Of a stretch of DNA of 64,000 bases, positions 34,493 to 44,622 are shown piece by piece (position 1 is the stretch's first letter; each line of letters begins with the position of its first letter). The DNA is from Patescibacteria group bacterium (GTDB taxonomy: Bacteria > Patescibacteriota > Patescibacteriia > UBA9570 > JAHJKD01). Under the pieces are notes generated by a model. It saw nothing but the letters and a program-made list of their open reading frames with translations, had not been told where the DNA came from and did not search any database. Both the position numbers and the translations under genes were made by a program. The DNA lies in contig JBAZVM010000007.1 of the NCBI GenBank assembly GCA_041660885.1, forward strand, positions 17,896-81,895, written 5' to 3'.

Positions 34493-36775
34493 CTATTTTA
34501 CGGTAATGGTAACGGCTTTGGAATCGGTGCGCGCGTATTCATGAGCGAATTTATGGCGCGGTTTCCATGTCATGCGATATTTATGAGTATTGTTAGCAGC
34601 AAAAGAAAAATGTACTTTCCCCAAACTATTGGTATTTTTAATGGATTTTATCTGCCATTTGGTGCCATGTTTCTGATACAAGATAACTTTTTTATTCTTT
34701 AAAAGTTTCTTGGTGGTTTTGTCCTTCAAAGTAGAAGATAATCTCACGGCAGCGCCCTCGCTCACATGCCTGTTAGACATGGATTTAAAATGCGCTTTAG
34801 ACTTTAAGGAAAACAAACCATGCTCGCTGCCCACCACTAAGCCATCAAAAACCAAAGTGTTGAAAGTTTCCGATTTTAGCCCGGTATAAAGCACGCCCCA
34901 AGTTTCCCCAAGGTCGCTGGATTTCAGCAATATGCCATGGGATTCATCATCGCGGCAAGAAACATACAAAGTATTCGGAGTGGTAGAGTTCTGAATGGTG
35001 ATAGAGCTGAATTCATAATAATCCGTTAAGCCATCAATCTTTGTCCAATTAGCGCCAGCATCGATTGATTTATAAAAACCATCTTTACCTTGCGTGCTAT
35101 CCCCCGAAGCAGCCACATATAGGATATTCTCATCATCCGGATCTATCATAATGCTGTTGATATTCACAATTTCGGAAATACCGGTTAATTTTTCCCAGGT
35201 ATCGTTGGAATATTTATATACTCCTTTTGTTTCAGTACCGGAATTGCCCGCGCCGACATAAATAATGCCGGTTTCGCTGACCGCGATGGAATGAGCCGGA
35301 GCGTCATCTATCAAGCCCATATCCGTCCAATTCTCTCCACTGTCCGTACTTTTTAGAAGCACGCCAACTGTGGTGCTGGATAACGCGGCGTATACTATCG
35401 TGGGATCGTTCGGATCATTCACAAATTGGTACGGCCTTAATATGTTCATGCCCGTGTCCGCATCAATATACGCGTCTACATCAATGGATGGCGCGTCTGC
35501 CAATACCCAAGTTTCACCGCTATCGGCACTGCGGAATATAAAACCGCCGATGGAGCCGGCTAATACTATAGTGGAATCATCCGGCTTTACCCAAACAGAT
35601 TCGCCGATGCCGCTGGGGTCGCAGCGCTCCGGAGCGCAAGGCAATACAGGAAATTCCCAAGTCGGGGCGACAGAATTAAAATCCGTGGTTTTAGCCAAAC
35701 CATTGGTAGATGAAACCCATGCCGTGGTTTTATCCGTTGTATAACTGATGGCTTCTACATTCACGGCGGTAATACCCGTGTAGGAATTTTGCCAAGTAAC
35801 GCCGCCATCCGTGCTTTTGGTAACACCGCTCATGCTGTCTCCGTATAAAACTAATTCGTTCGCTGAATTTACTTCAATGGTTTTTCCCGGACCGCGGACA
35901 ATATCCGTAAAATCCATTTGCGTCCAAGTTACTCCCCCGTCATCGGTGAAGCTGCTGCAAGCGTACATTCTGCCTAAGGATGTCCAACTGGTTATAGTGT
36001 TGCAAGAAGATGGCGCGTTCGTAATTTCCGTAAAAGTTACGCCATTATCCGAAGATAGCCATAAATGATTGTCATTGCCTATTGTCAGGTAGTTCTCGTT
36101 ATAAGGATTGGTGCGTACCGCGGTAAATGAAGTGGCACCGGTGGTTACGGCAGCCCATGTAGCGCCGTAATTAGTGCTCACATAAAGAGTGCTGGCTAAA
36201 GTATCGCCATCATAAGCAACGGCGTAAAAAATACCGGCTGTTTTTGAAGCGGCCAAAGAGGAAACGGAGTTGGTGGCGTCCACAGTGGCGGTTGTCCAAG
36301 TGGTGCCGTTGTCCGTGCTGATTTTAACTTCGTTGTTCCATCCGCCGATTATTGTTCCGGAGCCGAAAACCAAAGGATTGCCCGCGTTTTCTTGAATTAA
36401 AGTTAAGGTAGCGCCATGGTCAGTGCTTGAATATAAATCTCCGCCTAATCCGATATAGACCGTACCAGTGGCATGATCAACATCCACTGATTGGCCGGAG
36501 CCGAAATCGTTATTACCGGCCGGTTGTTGCCAAGTGGCGCCTGCGTCCTGTGAATAAAAAAAGCCATTCGGAGTACCGCTGGCTATGGTATAAATATAAT
36601 CTCCGTCTATGGCGATATCCCAAGTATTTCCGCCATATAAGCCCAAGCTGGTATAAATACCGCCTTGTTGCGCTTCCGGCACTACTTCATCTTCCGCTTG
36701 CACGGCCGCGGTTGAGCTTAACACGCCAAAACAAACAACAGCGCTCATTAAGCACCGAAATGTTTTTTTGAACAT
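34493..36775 (-). CDS. secreted BNR/Asp-box repeat protein (multi-propeller, sialidase/Sortilin-like fold)
   Basis: 760 aa with a signal peptide and at least 10 Asp-boxes (SQDAGATW, STDNGTTW, STDGGVTW, SADSGETW, STDSGENW, SIDAGANW and others). Confidence 0.75.
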   Translation of the reverse strand: MFKKTFRCLMSAVVCFGVLSSTAAVQAEDEVVPEAQQGGIYTSLGLYGGNTWDIAIDGDYIYTIASGTPNGFFYSQDAGATWQQPAGNNDFGSGQSVDVDHATGTVYIGLGGDLYSSTDHGATLTLIQENAGNPLVFGSGTIIGGWNNEVKISTDNGTTWTTATVDATNSVSSLAASKTAGIFYAVAYDGDTLASTLYVSTNYGATWAAVTTGATSFTAVRTNPYNENYLTIGNDNHLWLSSDNGVTFTEITNAPSSCNTITSWTSLGRMYACSSFTDDGGVTWTQMDFTDIVRGPGKTIEVNSANELVLYGDSMSGVTKSTDGGVTWQNSYTGITAVNVEAISYTTDKTTAWVSSTNGLAKTTDFNSVAPTWEFPVLPCAPERCDPSGIGESVWVKPDDSTIVLAGSIGGFIFRSADSGETWVLADAPSIDVDAYIDADTGMNILRPYQFVNDPNDPTIVYAALSSTTVGVLLKSTDSGENWTDMGLIDDAPAHSIAVSETGIIYVGAGNSGTETKGVYKYSNDTWEKLTGISEIVNINSIMIDPDDENILYVAASGDSTQGKDGFYKSIDAGANWTKIDGLTDYYEFSSITIQNSTTPNTLYVSCRDDESHGILLKSSDLGETWGVLYTGLKSETFNTLVFDGLVVGSEHGLFSLKSKAHFKSMSNRHVSEGAAVRLSSTLKDKTTKKLLKNKKVILYQKHGTKWQIKSIKNTNSLGKVHFSFAANNTHKYRMTWKPRHKFAHEYARTDSKAVTITVK

Positions 36776-37053
36776 AGTTTTTTTGTTTATATTAATTATT
36801 TTTAATAAAAAACGTATATAATAAATATTATAATACTTTTATAAAAACAATACAATTTTTTAAATTGACATTATTCCAATAATAATATAAAAAAGATATA
36901 TGGGCATAGAAAGTTACTCATTGTAAGCAACTTATGCAACAATATATGGAACAAGCCAAAACACTGATGAATGAGTTAAACTTACCACCTAATCACTGGT
37001 TACGTGTTTTTGCACAGTACGGTCTAGAACGAAAGCGTTAAGCACTAATAATT

Positions 37054-37830
37054 ATGGCTAAAAATAATTCAAACCAGTTTGACCGTCGTCCACCAACATA
37101 TCTTGAAGGATATGAGGGTTTTCGACTTCCAAAATCATTTCAAGAAATAGATGCCGGATTGTCTCACTTAGAAAAAAAGGATCACCTGCGAATTGCTGAT
37201 GTAATGTGTGGAACAGGCATTGTCGGAAAGCACCTCTTAGAGGTTATTGGGGCAGATAAGATTACAAAAATGGTTTTTATTGATGGCAGTCAGAAGATGT
37301 TAGATGCCATTGAGACGACTTTGGAAAAATTTCAGGCGTTTGCTGAAAAGTTACCTTTTAAAGATGAATCTTTTGATCTACTGGTAGTTCGCGCAGGGTT
37401 CAACAATGTTGAAAAAGGCCTGTATGTTCCCATTCTTCAAGAACTGCTGCGAGTTCTAGCCAAAGATGGAGTATTGATTGTTCAAGATCATTTTCCAATA
37501 GATGAACAATCACAGATAGCCGTTAATGCTCTGGAGTTACAGATTGCAGAAGCAGATGGCAGAAATGATACGCCATACATCCCAACGACAGTGGAGTTTG
37601 GAGAGATGGTGCAGGCAGCACATGGTAAAATTATGGCCCAATCTGAGTTTGAATTTCCTTTCAATTTTACAGACAGATTTAAGAGTAAAGGCCTTTCTGA
37701 AGAATCCATTGCTCAATTAAATACCTCTATTCTGGCGCAATCAGCAAATAGATTACAAGTTAAAATTGTAGGTGATGATATTTTGATCACCCATCCTATC
37801 ACTACTTTCACCATCACTAAAGAAAGTTAA
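37054..37830 (+). CDS. class I SAM-dependent methyltransferase
   Basis: 258 aa. Motif I DVMCGTGIVG and post-I/II LLVVRAGFNNV. Confidence 0.7.
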   Translation: MAKNNSNQFDRRPPTYLEGYEGFRLPKSFQEIDAGLSHLEKKDHLRIADVMCGTGIVGKHLLEVIGADKITKMVFIDGSQKMLDAIETTLEKFQAFAEKLPFKDESFDLLVVRAGFNNVEKGLYVPILQELLRVLAKDGVLIVQDHFPIDEQSQIAVNALELQIAEADGRNDTPYIPTTVEFGEMVQAAHGKIMAQSEFEFPFNFTDRFKSKGLSEESIAQLNTSILAQSANRLQVKIVGDDILITHPITTFTITKES

Positions 37831-37998
37831 GCCCGGCTATTTTTTTACTTTATGTTTCCGACCAGACTGTTTTTTATTTTTTATACAGGGCGTTGGAATT
37901 ACTCAATACTAATTTAAGGAAAGGGCTATAGCCCTTCGACAAGCTCAGGGTTATAACTCTGAGCGAGGAGCGAATAAAATGAGCGACAAGTCGAAGAG

Positions 37999-38070
37999 CT
38001 GGGGAGGTAGGATTCGAACCTACGAATGACAGATCCAGAGTCTGTTGCCTTACCGCTTGGCGACTCCCCA
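37999..38070 (-). tRNA. tRNA-Gln (anticodon CUG)
   Basis: Minus-strand sequence TGGGGAGTCGCCAAGCGGTAAGGCAACAGACTCTGGATCTGTCATTCGTAGGTTCGAATCCTACCTCCCCAG. It folds as a cloverleaf with U1-A72, anticodon loop CUCUGGA and T-loop TTCGAAT. Confidence 0.9.
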
Positions 38071-38171
38071 TCTGCTTCGTTCCGCCGCGGCGGAACTTCG
38101 CAGGATTAAATATAATATTATCTATTACGTTCAATCCTGCGTAGTCCGAACGGAGTGAGGACGTAGCAGAT
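38071..38171. mobile_element. ~101-bp MITE-like palindromic element flanked by an 11-bp direct repeat
   Basis: Terminal inverted repeats TCTGCTTCG (38071-79) and CGTAGCAGA (38162-70). Inner inverted repeat GCAGGATT/AATCCTGC. Flanked by GCGACTCCCCA at 38060-70 (the tRNA-Gln 5' end) and at 38172-82 (abutting the dnaX stop). Confidence 0.55.
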
Positions 38172-38182
38172 GCGACTCCCCA

Positions 38183-39802
38183 CTATTGTTTGGCGTCAGA
38201 GCCAAAAGAATTCACGGCTAAATCCCACACATTGGCCGCGTCTTCTTCCGTGACATTATCTAAATTATCGGATTGCGCGTTTTCCGTCAAGATTCTTTTC
38301 GCTTCGTATTTATCGTCTACCAGGCACACTAGCGTAACCGTACGCCCCATTTCTTTGGATACCACTTCTTCAATATAGCCTTGATTGGTGTGATCGCATA
38401 AACGATCGCGGTGAAATTTATATTTTACTCCTATAGTCAGGGTGTTGTTTTTAGAGAAAGAAACGATTTGCGCGATGCTCAAAGTTAAAGCCAGGGAATG
38501 GTTCTTTTCCCGCAGATTTTTAATGATTATTGGCCATTTTTCTTTTACCGCGGCAAGACTAGCTTCATCCAATTCTAAATTAGCGTTTGCTCCGTTTAAT
38601 TGAGGCTCGCTCTTTTTTTGCGGTAAAGTGGCGGAAAATAAAGGCTTAATCTCGCTTAAAGGCGCTTTTTTTTTAGGCTCGGCCATAGGCGGGGCGACTG
38701 CCACTTCTTTTTTTCTTTCGCACCAGGCTACAGAAGCCAGTTCCAAAGGTAATTGCACTATTAAGCTATTTTTTAATTCTTCGTTTTTTTGTATAAATAA
38801 GCTAATCATGGAGGCAATTTCTAAAGCGGTGATTTTTTGCAAAGCATTGGAAACGGATTGGTAGATATTTTGATCAAAATCGAGATTATCAAAATCGGAT
38901 AATTTTCCCATTATTTTAAAGAGCATTAATTTGCGTAAGAACTCTAAAAAATTCTTAAAAAATTCATTAAGATCAATACCATTATCCACCATTACGTTTA
39001 TCTGCTCTAAAGCGCCGCGCGTATTCTTTTCCGCCAATAAAATAAAAAAATCTACCAGCAAATTGAATCTGGTCTTGGGCAGAACCAATTCCGCCAGCTC
39101 CGCGGTGATGTGTTTATCGTCTAAAGCCAGCACCTGAGAGAGCAAACTTTCTGCGTCGCGAGCCGATCCTTCGGAATTAGCCGCGATTTGTTGAAGGACG
39201 GCCAAGTCCACCTGAATTTTTTCCGCTTCCGTAATCTTTTTTAATTTGCCGATAATTTCTTTGCCGCTTACTTTTCTAAAATCAAATTTTTGGCAGCGGG
39301 AAATAATCGTGGCCGGCACTTTATGAATTTCCGTGGTGGCCAATATGAAGGTAATGCGCTCCGGCGGTTCTTCCAAGGTCTTTAACAAAGCGTTAAAAGC
39401 CGAAGCGGAAAGCATGTGCACTTCGTCTATAATGAAAACTTTATAAGGCAAAGTACTCGGGGATACCAGCGCGTTATTGATAATATTATCGCGCACATTA
39501 TCCACGCCCGTATTGGAAGCGGCGTCGATCTCGATTATATCAAGAGCTTTATTCTCGTTGATCATCCGGCAATTGGCGCACTCGTTGCAGGGGTCCCCCT
39601 CTTTCTGGTTGAGGCAGTTTACGCTTTTAGCGATCAATCTCGCTAAAGTGGTTTTGCCAATGCCGCGAGGCCCGCAAAACAAATAAGCGTGAGAGGTTTT
39701 TTTACCTTTCAGCTGGTTGAGCAATGTTTGTTTGATGTGGTCTTGCCCGATGACGTCTTTGAATGTTTGCGGCCGGTATTTACGGTATAAAGCTTGGGAC
39801 AT
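38183..39802 (-). CDS. dnaX: DNA polymerase III subunit gamma/tau
   Basis: 539 aa. FCGPRGIGKTT Walker A, Zn module CNECANC, box IIDEVHMLS, SRCQKF. Confidence 0.9.
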   Translation of the reverse strand: MSQALYRKYRPQTFKDVIGQDHIKQTLLNQLKGKKTSHAYLFCGPRGIGKTTLARLIAKSVNCLNQKEGDPCNECANCRMINENKALDIIEIDAASNTGVDNVRDNIINNALVSPSTLPYKVFIIDEVHMLSASAFNALLKTLEEPPERITFILATTEIHKVPATIISRCQKFDFRKVSGKEIIGKLKKITEAEKIQVDLAVLQQIAANSEGSARDAESLLSQVLALDDKHITAELAELVLPKTRFNLLVDFFILLAEKNTRGALEQINVMVDNGIDLNEFFKNFLEFLRKLMLFKIMGKLSDFDNLDFDQNIYQSVSNALQKITALEIASMISLFIQKNEELKNSLIVQLPLELASVAWCERKKEVAVAPPMAEPKKKAPLSEIKPLFSATLPQKKSEPQLNGANANLELDEASLAAVKEKWPIIIKNLREKNHSLALTLSIAQIVSFSKNNTLTIGVKYKFHRDRLCDHTNQGYIEEVVSKEMGRTVTLVCLVDDKYEAKRILTENAQSDNLDNVTEEDAANVWDLAVNSFGSDAKQ

Positions 39803-40431
39803 TATTTCTCCTTAAGTTCCATATCAAGCCCGGAACTAAGCTCCCAATCGTTGCCGGAAGCTAATTCCCCCTCCGCTCCTGTGGTTAATTGTTTATCGGA
39901 AACAATATTTTCTATGGCTGCCCAGCGGCTGTCTTGATCTTTCGGTACGAGAATCACGGCTTCATCGCCGGTATCGCCTTTATAATAAGTTACCGAAGCC
40001 ATAATCACTTTATAGCTTCTGCCATTGGCGAGTACGCGGAATTCTTTGGTTTCTTCGTCTTTGGAAAGCTGGCCTACCAATCTTTGCCTGTCAACCGGGC
40101 CGATTTGCTTATAAACAAAGGAACCATCGGGCATTATGGTTAGCTTTAAAATATCTCCTTCCACCAATTTCGATTTTGAAGCGTAATTTGGGGCAATGGT
40201 GTAAATTTTGCCATCGGGCCCGACCATGTTCTGGCCGTCGAATACGCCTTCTACCACTTTGGTATTCTTGGTTAGATCTTCCTTGGCTACGGTTTTAGCC
40301 TTGTTTTTTATGGTTTCCGGGATATCGTCCGGTGAAAGTTCGCTTAATATTTGGTGAGCGAGATTGATATTGGTTTGCGCGTTCTCTAGATATTGCGTTA
40401 AGAGAAGCAGTTGATCATTGTTTTTTGCCAT
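39802..40431 (-). CDS. hypothetical protein
   Basis: 209 aa. Its stop overlaps the dnaX start by 1 nt. No motif recognised. Confidence 0.5.
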   Translation of the reverse strand: MAKNNDQLLLLTQYLENAQTNINLAHQILSELSPDDIPETIKNKAKTVAKEDLTKNTKVVEGVFDGQNMVGPDGKIYTIAPNYASKSKLVEGDILKLTIMPDGSFVYKQIGPVDRQRLVGQLSKDEETKEFRVLANGRSYKVIMASVTYYKGDTGDEAVILVPKDQDSRWAAIENIVSDKQLTTGAEGELASGNDWELSSGLDMELKEK

Positions 40432-40496
40432 GTTTTTTTTATTTTATTATTTTTTTTAGCTTTCTTATTTTAGCACCGATTAAGCCCGCTGTCAAT

Positions 40497-43070
40497 CTAC
40501 ATAAAGGTGTCCGGAGGCATGACATTTTTCTCACTGGCGGAGAGATTTTCCAGCTGGCCGCGCTCTTTTACTTCGGCTTCCACAATGGCTCGTTCACGCC
40601 CGTATTTCAAGCGGGAAAGCTGCTTTAGCTTGTCTGCCAAATCCGGATTCCCCGGAGTGGGCATTATGGTGCGCATATTAAACGGCCGAGACACCGTATT
40701 ATCTATTAATAATTTAATATTAGCCGTGTATTTTTCCACGTTAATAACATCGTTTTCATCAAACACCGGCGCAAATTCTTTGGCCATAGTTTCCGCGTCT
40801 TCCACGCCGATACGGAACGCCACTTTGGTGCCGGCGTTGCCGAACACGGCATCACGAATGCTGGTATCTTGCTGCTTTACTAACTGACTAATATATTGAT
40901 GAGCTAAAATTAAACAGAGTTTATATTTTCTCGCTTCGGATAATATGGTGGCGATGCTATCAGTAGTATAGTTTTGGAACTCATCAACATAGAGGTAAAA
41001 ATCTTTGCGCTGCTCTTTAGGCATGTCCGCCCGGGCCATGGCCGCCATTTGGATTTTAGAAACCAATATCAAGCCTAGCAAACTGCTGTTCACCTCGCCC
41101 ACTTGGCCTTTGGAAAGATTCACCAATAATATTTTTTGATTATCCATGACATCGCGCACGTTAAAACCGGATTTAGATTGCCCCACGATATTGCGCATCA
41201 TGTCGTTCGTTAGGAAGCGGCCAATTTTGGAAATGACGTAAGAAAGCATATCCGCTGCTTGCTGGCCCGCTTGGGATTGTTCGTATTCCTGCTGCCAGAA
41301 GTTCTTTACTATTACATTCTTCACGTTTTTTAATTTTCCTTGGCGGAATTTTTTATCAGTGAACATTCTCGGTATTTCTATAAGAGTGGCGCCGGCTTCT
41401 TTATCTTCCATCAAAGCCAGCATGGCGTTTCTCATGTAATGTTCAAACATGGGGCCGATCATTTCTTGGCCGAATAATTTATAGAAAATAGCCACCATTT
41501 CCTGCACCGCGAAATCGCGCATGGCGTCGTTATCCGCTTCCAGCATGTTCAAACCAATGGGCCTTTCGATGTCCGAAGGATTAAAGATAACTACGTCGTC
41601 CGCTCTTTCTTTGGGAATGTGCGGCAGAACATCGTTAACCAAATCGCCGTGAGGATCGATAATGCCCACGCCTTCGCCGTTCTGAATGTCTTGTATGGCT
41701 AAGGAAGATAATAAAACGGATTTACCAGAACCGGTTTGACCGATGACATAAATGTGGCGTCTCCTATCTTCCCTCTTCATGCGCACGGGTATGTGAATGC
41801 CGCGATAGCTTACTTCTCCGAGCAGCACGCCTTCTTTCGGCATGTTAAACGGCGGGGCGGCTTTTTTAGAAAGCAACCAGCGAATATTCGGAGTTTCCGT
41901 GGAAGGCAAGGGCATATGGAAAAGAGAAGTCATTTCCTTGGTATTTAAAATGAAACTTCTCTTTTCATCGAATTCTCGATAAATAAACTGATTGATGAAT
42001 TTGGCATCAGAATGGATTTTCGGAGCGCGAAAAGCGTTTAAATATTCGTAAGAAGAATATTGGGTAAAGGCGCTTAAAATGTTTTGCAGTTTATAACCGG
42101 CGATTTCCTTATTGGCCGCGGAAACCACTACGCGGATGTTTACATCGAAACCGGCATGGGAAGTTTTATCTTCCAAGGCCTTAACGATTTCTTCCTGCAT
42201 GGGAGACAAGCGATACTCTTTTTCCGTAATGACATCGATGCCTTGTTCGGATTTCTTTCTTTTGGAAGAAACGCCCCTTCTGAAAGTATTCCACACTTGA
42301 TAAAATATATTGCCGTAAACTTCATGGATAGCGGTATCCAGCTTTTTGCCCTGTTGCATAATGGCGGCTACCTTGGCCGGAGCGCGATGCCACCGGGAAT
42401 GCGCGGAGCGAATGACATATTGAATGGCCGCGCCTTCGTTTTTTTCGAATTTGGAAAGCGAGTTGGTTAAAGCGTTTAAGGGATCATTTTCCATTTTGTC
42501 GTAGGTTAAAATGGAAAAGATGTCTCTTTTGGCTAAGGATAAAGTGGCTCCCACAATGGCGCCTTTTGGGGAAAAAATATTGTAATCATCCACTTCTTCT
42601 ATTACCGCGGCATCGTATTGAGCTTGCAATTGCTGCTCAAAATACCTTTGTAAAAATTTCGGCACGTCCGCGTAAAAAGAAATGAGCTGATCGTTGTCCG
42701 CTACTATTTCCAAAGAAAAATGATCGTTGCGTCCAAACCACCAAGCGTGCAAACCGGTTTGTGGCTGCATGCCTCCCATGGCGGAAAAAAATGTATCCGC
42801 GATGCTGATTTTTTGCTGCAGAGTTTCTTTGCGTTGGGAAGTCATGCCTTGATCCTGCTGTTTTAAATCTTGTTTCGGCACTTTAATGAGCAAAGTAACC
42901 ATTTTAAAATTATCCAGCTTGCGCATCCAGGCTTGCACTATTTTTCGCACTATCGATAAAATAGCAAAACCGACAACCAGACAAACTAAAATATAAACCG
43001 CTAAAATCATTAGCGGAGAAGCGATAAAATCTCCGGCTTGAAATAATATTTCGTTAATAACGTCTACCAT
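40497..43070 (-). CDS. membrane-anchored TraD/VirD4 (TrwB-type) coupling-protein-like P-loop NTPase
   Basis: 857 aa with an N-terminal TM helix. Walker A GQTGSGKS. Walker B region FYLYVDEFQNY...ARKYKLCLILAHQYISQL. Confidence 0.65.
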   Translation of the reverse strand: MVDVINEILFQAGDFIASPLMILAVYILVCLVVGFAILSIVRKIVQAWMRKLDNFKMVTLLIKVPKQDLKQQDQGMTSQRKETLQQKISIADTFFSAMGGMQPQTGLHAWWFGRNDHFSLEIVADNDQLISFYADVPKFLQRYFEQQLQAQYDAAVIEEVDDYNIFSPKGAIVGATLSLAKRDIFSILTYDKMENDPLNALTNSLSKFEKNEGAAIQYVIRSAHSRWHRAPAKVAAIMQQGKKLDTAIHEVYGNIFYQVWNTFRRGVSSKRKKSEQGIDVITEKEYRLSPMQEEIVKALEDKTSHAGFDVNIRVVVSAANKEIAGYKLQNILSAFTQYSSYEYLNAFRAPKIHSDAKFINQFIYREFDEKRSFILNTKEMTSLFHMPLPSTETPNIRWLLSKKAAPPFNMPKEGVLLGEVSYRGIHIPVRMKREDRRRHIYVIGQTGSGKSVLLSSLAIQDIQNGEGVGIIDPHGDLVNDVLPHIPKERADDVVIFNPSDIERPIGLNMLEADNDAMRDFAVQEMVAIFYKLFGQEMIGPMFEHYMRNAMLALMEDKEAGATLIEIPRMFTDKKFRQGKLKNVKNVIVKNFWQQEYEQSQAGQQAADMLSYVISKIGRFLTNDMMRNIVGQSKSGFNVRDVMDNQKILLVNLSKGQVGEVNSSLLGLILVSKIQMAAMARADMPKEQRKDFYLYVDEFQNYTTDSIATILSEARKYKLCLILAHQYISQLVKQQDTSIRDAVFGNAGTKVAFRIGVEDAETMAKEFAPVFDENDVINVEKYTANIKLLIDNTVSRPFNMRTIMPTPGNPDLADKLKQLSRLKYGRERAIVEAEVKERGQLENLSASEKNVMPPDTFM

Positions 43071-43585
43071 TTATTTTTATTTTCTTTTTTATATTGGCGC
43101 GCGTAATCCATTATTTTCTGCGCTTTTATTTTGGCTTCCTGTTCTAAAAAATATTTATTAATGCTGGGAATGATAGATAGCCATTCTTTTATTAAAGTAA
43201 GGAGATTTTTCGCCCTTACTTTAAATTGGCGGATCATGGTATCGATAGCCGTGGCTGTTTCCTCCCCTTTTTTCCTGAAAACCTCCTTCTTTTTTTCATC
43301 CAAAGAGCCGTAGAAAGTATCTAAATGCTCGGAGAGAATTTCTTCCACGCGGATCAAGCTTTCCGATTTGGGAATCACCACGGAAGTACTGGGAGTGGCT
43401 TTGGCGTTTTTAACAACATACGGAGATTGCCCCGGATGATCGGCGTCGACCTTATAATATTCTTTTTCGGCTTTTTCTTTTTCTAAACCCGGCTTCTCCG
43501 GTACTGGCAAAGGCGCGGTTTCTATTACTGGTTTGGGCGTCTTTTCCAAAGTAAGAGGTTTGCCTGAAGTCTTTAAAACTGGCAT
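43064..43585 (-). CDS. hypothetical protein, translationally coupled to the NTPase
   Basis: 173 aa with a 7-nt overlap with 40497..43070. Pro/Lys-rich N-terminus and a helical C-terminus. Confidence 0.5.
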   Translation of the reverse strand: MPVLKTSGKPLTLEKTPKPVIETAPLPVPEKPGLEKEKAEKEYYKVDADHPGQSPYVVKNAKATPSTSVVIPKSESLIRVEEILSEHLDTFYGSLDEKKKEVFRKKGEETATAIDTMIRQFKVRAKNLLTLIKEWLSIIPSINKYFLEQEAKIKAQKIMDYARQYKKENKNKW

Positions 43586-43674
43586 ATATTGTTTATACTA
43601 TTTGCTAAATAATAACATTTTTTTAAAACCAAGGCAACTTTGATTTCTTCGCGTCAATATGTTAAAATAGCCGC

Positions 43675-44622
43675 ATGAATAATAATATCAGAGATATTAA
43701 ACATAAAAATTCCCGTTGGATAGTGGTTAATTCCCCCTCCAGAGCGGATATTGATTTTTTACATGATAATTTCAAAATCAATCCCCATGATTTAGACGAT
43801 ATCATCGCTCCTTCGCAACGCTCAAAAATAGATAAATACGAAAAGTATATATTTCTCATTTTCTTATTTCCGGTGTTTAACAGAAAAACCAGGGAGATAG
43901 AATCTTCAGAAGTGGATTTTTTATTGAGCAAAGAATGTTTGGTTACCATTCATCGCGGCAACTTACCCCCCTTGAACGATTTTGCGGCCAGAATTTATAA
44001 ATCCGCTTCAGCCAAGGAAAAGTTTATGCAAAATGGCACTCAAGATATGCTTGCCAAACAATTAGATATGCTGCTTCTTTATTGCTATCCGATTCTAGAC
44101 CACATTAGTGTGGATGTTAATAATATCAAACAGCAAATTTTTACGGGTAATGAGAAAAAAATGGTGGCGCAAATTCTATTCATCCGGCGCAATATCACGG
44201 ATACGCGTAAAATCATGCAGTCGCACAAAGCTACGCTGGAAAAATTGCTGAAACAACACTCGGACGTGGAAATAATAAAAACCCACTACGGCATTGAAAA
44301 AAAATTCTTCTATGATTATGAAAACCTAATAGATTATACCAAAGAAACATGGGATCAGCTGGAGTCTTTAAAAGAAGCCATTGAAGCTTTGGAAGAAACC
44401 AATGAATCGCTGATTTCCGATAAATTAAATTATGTCATGAAAGTGCTGACTCTTATATCCGTGGTAATGCTGCCCGCCACTTTCGTGGCCAGCTTGTTCG
44501 GCATGAACACGGAGCACATCCCTTTCAGCGGTTCATCGTATGATTTCTGGTTATTTTCCGGCGTTACTTTAATCGCTTCGGTAGTATTAATAGCTATTTT
44601 ATGGAGGAAAAAATGGTTTTAA
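43675..44622 (+). CDS. corA: CorA family magnesium transporter
   Basis: 315 aa. C-terminal two TM helices with the GMN motif ([10 protein letters not shown]). Confidence 0.85.
   Translation: MNNNIRDIKHKNSRWIVVNSPSRADIDFLHDNFKINPHDLDDIIAPSQRSKIDKYEKYIFLIFLFPVFNRKTREIESSEVDFLLSKECLVTIHRGNLPPLNDFAARIYKSASAKEKFMQNGTQDMLAKQLDMLLLYCYPILDHISVDVNNIKQQIFTGNEKKMVAQILFIRRNITDTRKIMQSHKATLEKLLKQHSDVEIIKTHYGIEKKFFYDYENLIDYTKETWDQLESLKEAIEALEETNESLISDKLNYVMKVLTLISVVMLPATFVASLFGMNTEHIPFSGSSYDFWLFSGVTLIASVVLIAILWRKKWF

Noticed and set aside
36934-37041. 35-aa ORF (MQQYMEQAKTLMNELNLPPNHWLRVFAQYGLERKR) just upstream of the methyltransferase gene. Also the impression that the 36.8-38.0 kb segment next to tRNA-Gln is another small island.
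   Set aside because: The ORF has no SD and no recognisable motif. The composition of the segment is not clearly different from the backbone by eye, and no integrase or repeat boundary was found. It is not reported as a feature.
37874-38134. 86-aa minus-strand ORF.
   Set aside because: It overlaps tRNA-Gln and the flanking repeat and hairpin DNA. The peptide (…SLRVITLSLSKGYSPF…) is a translation of repeat sequence.
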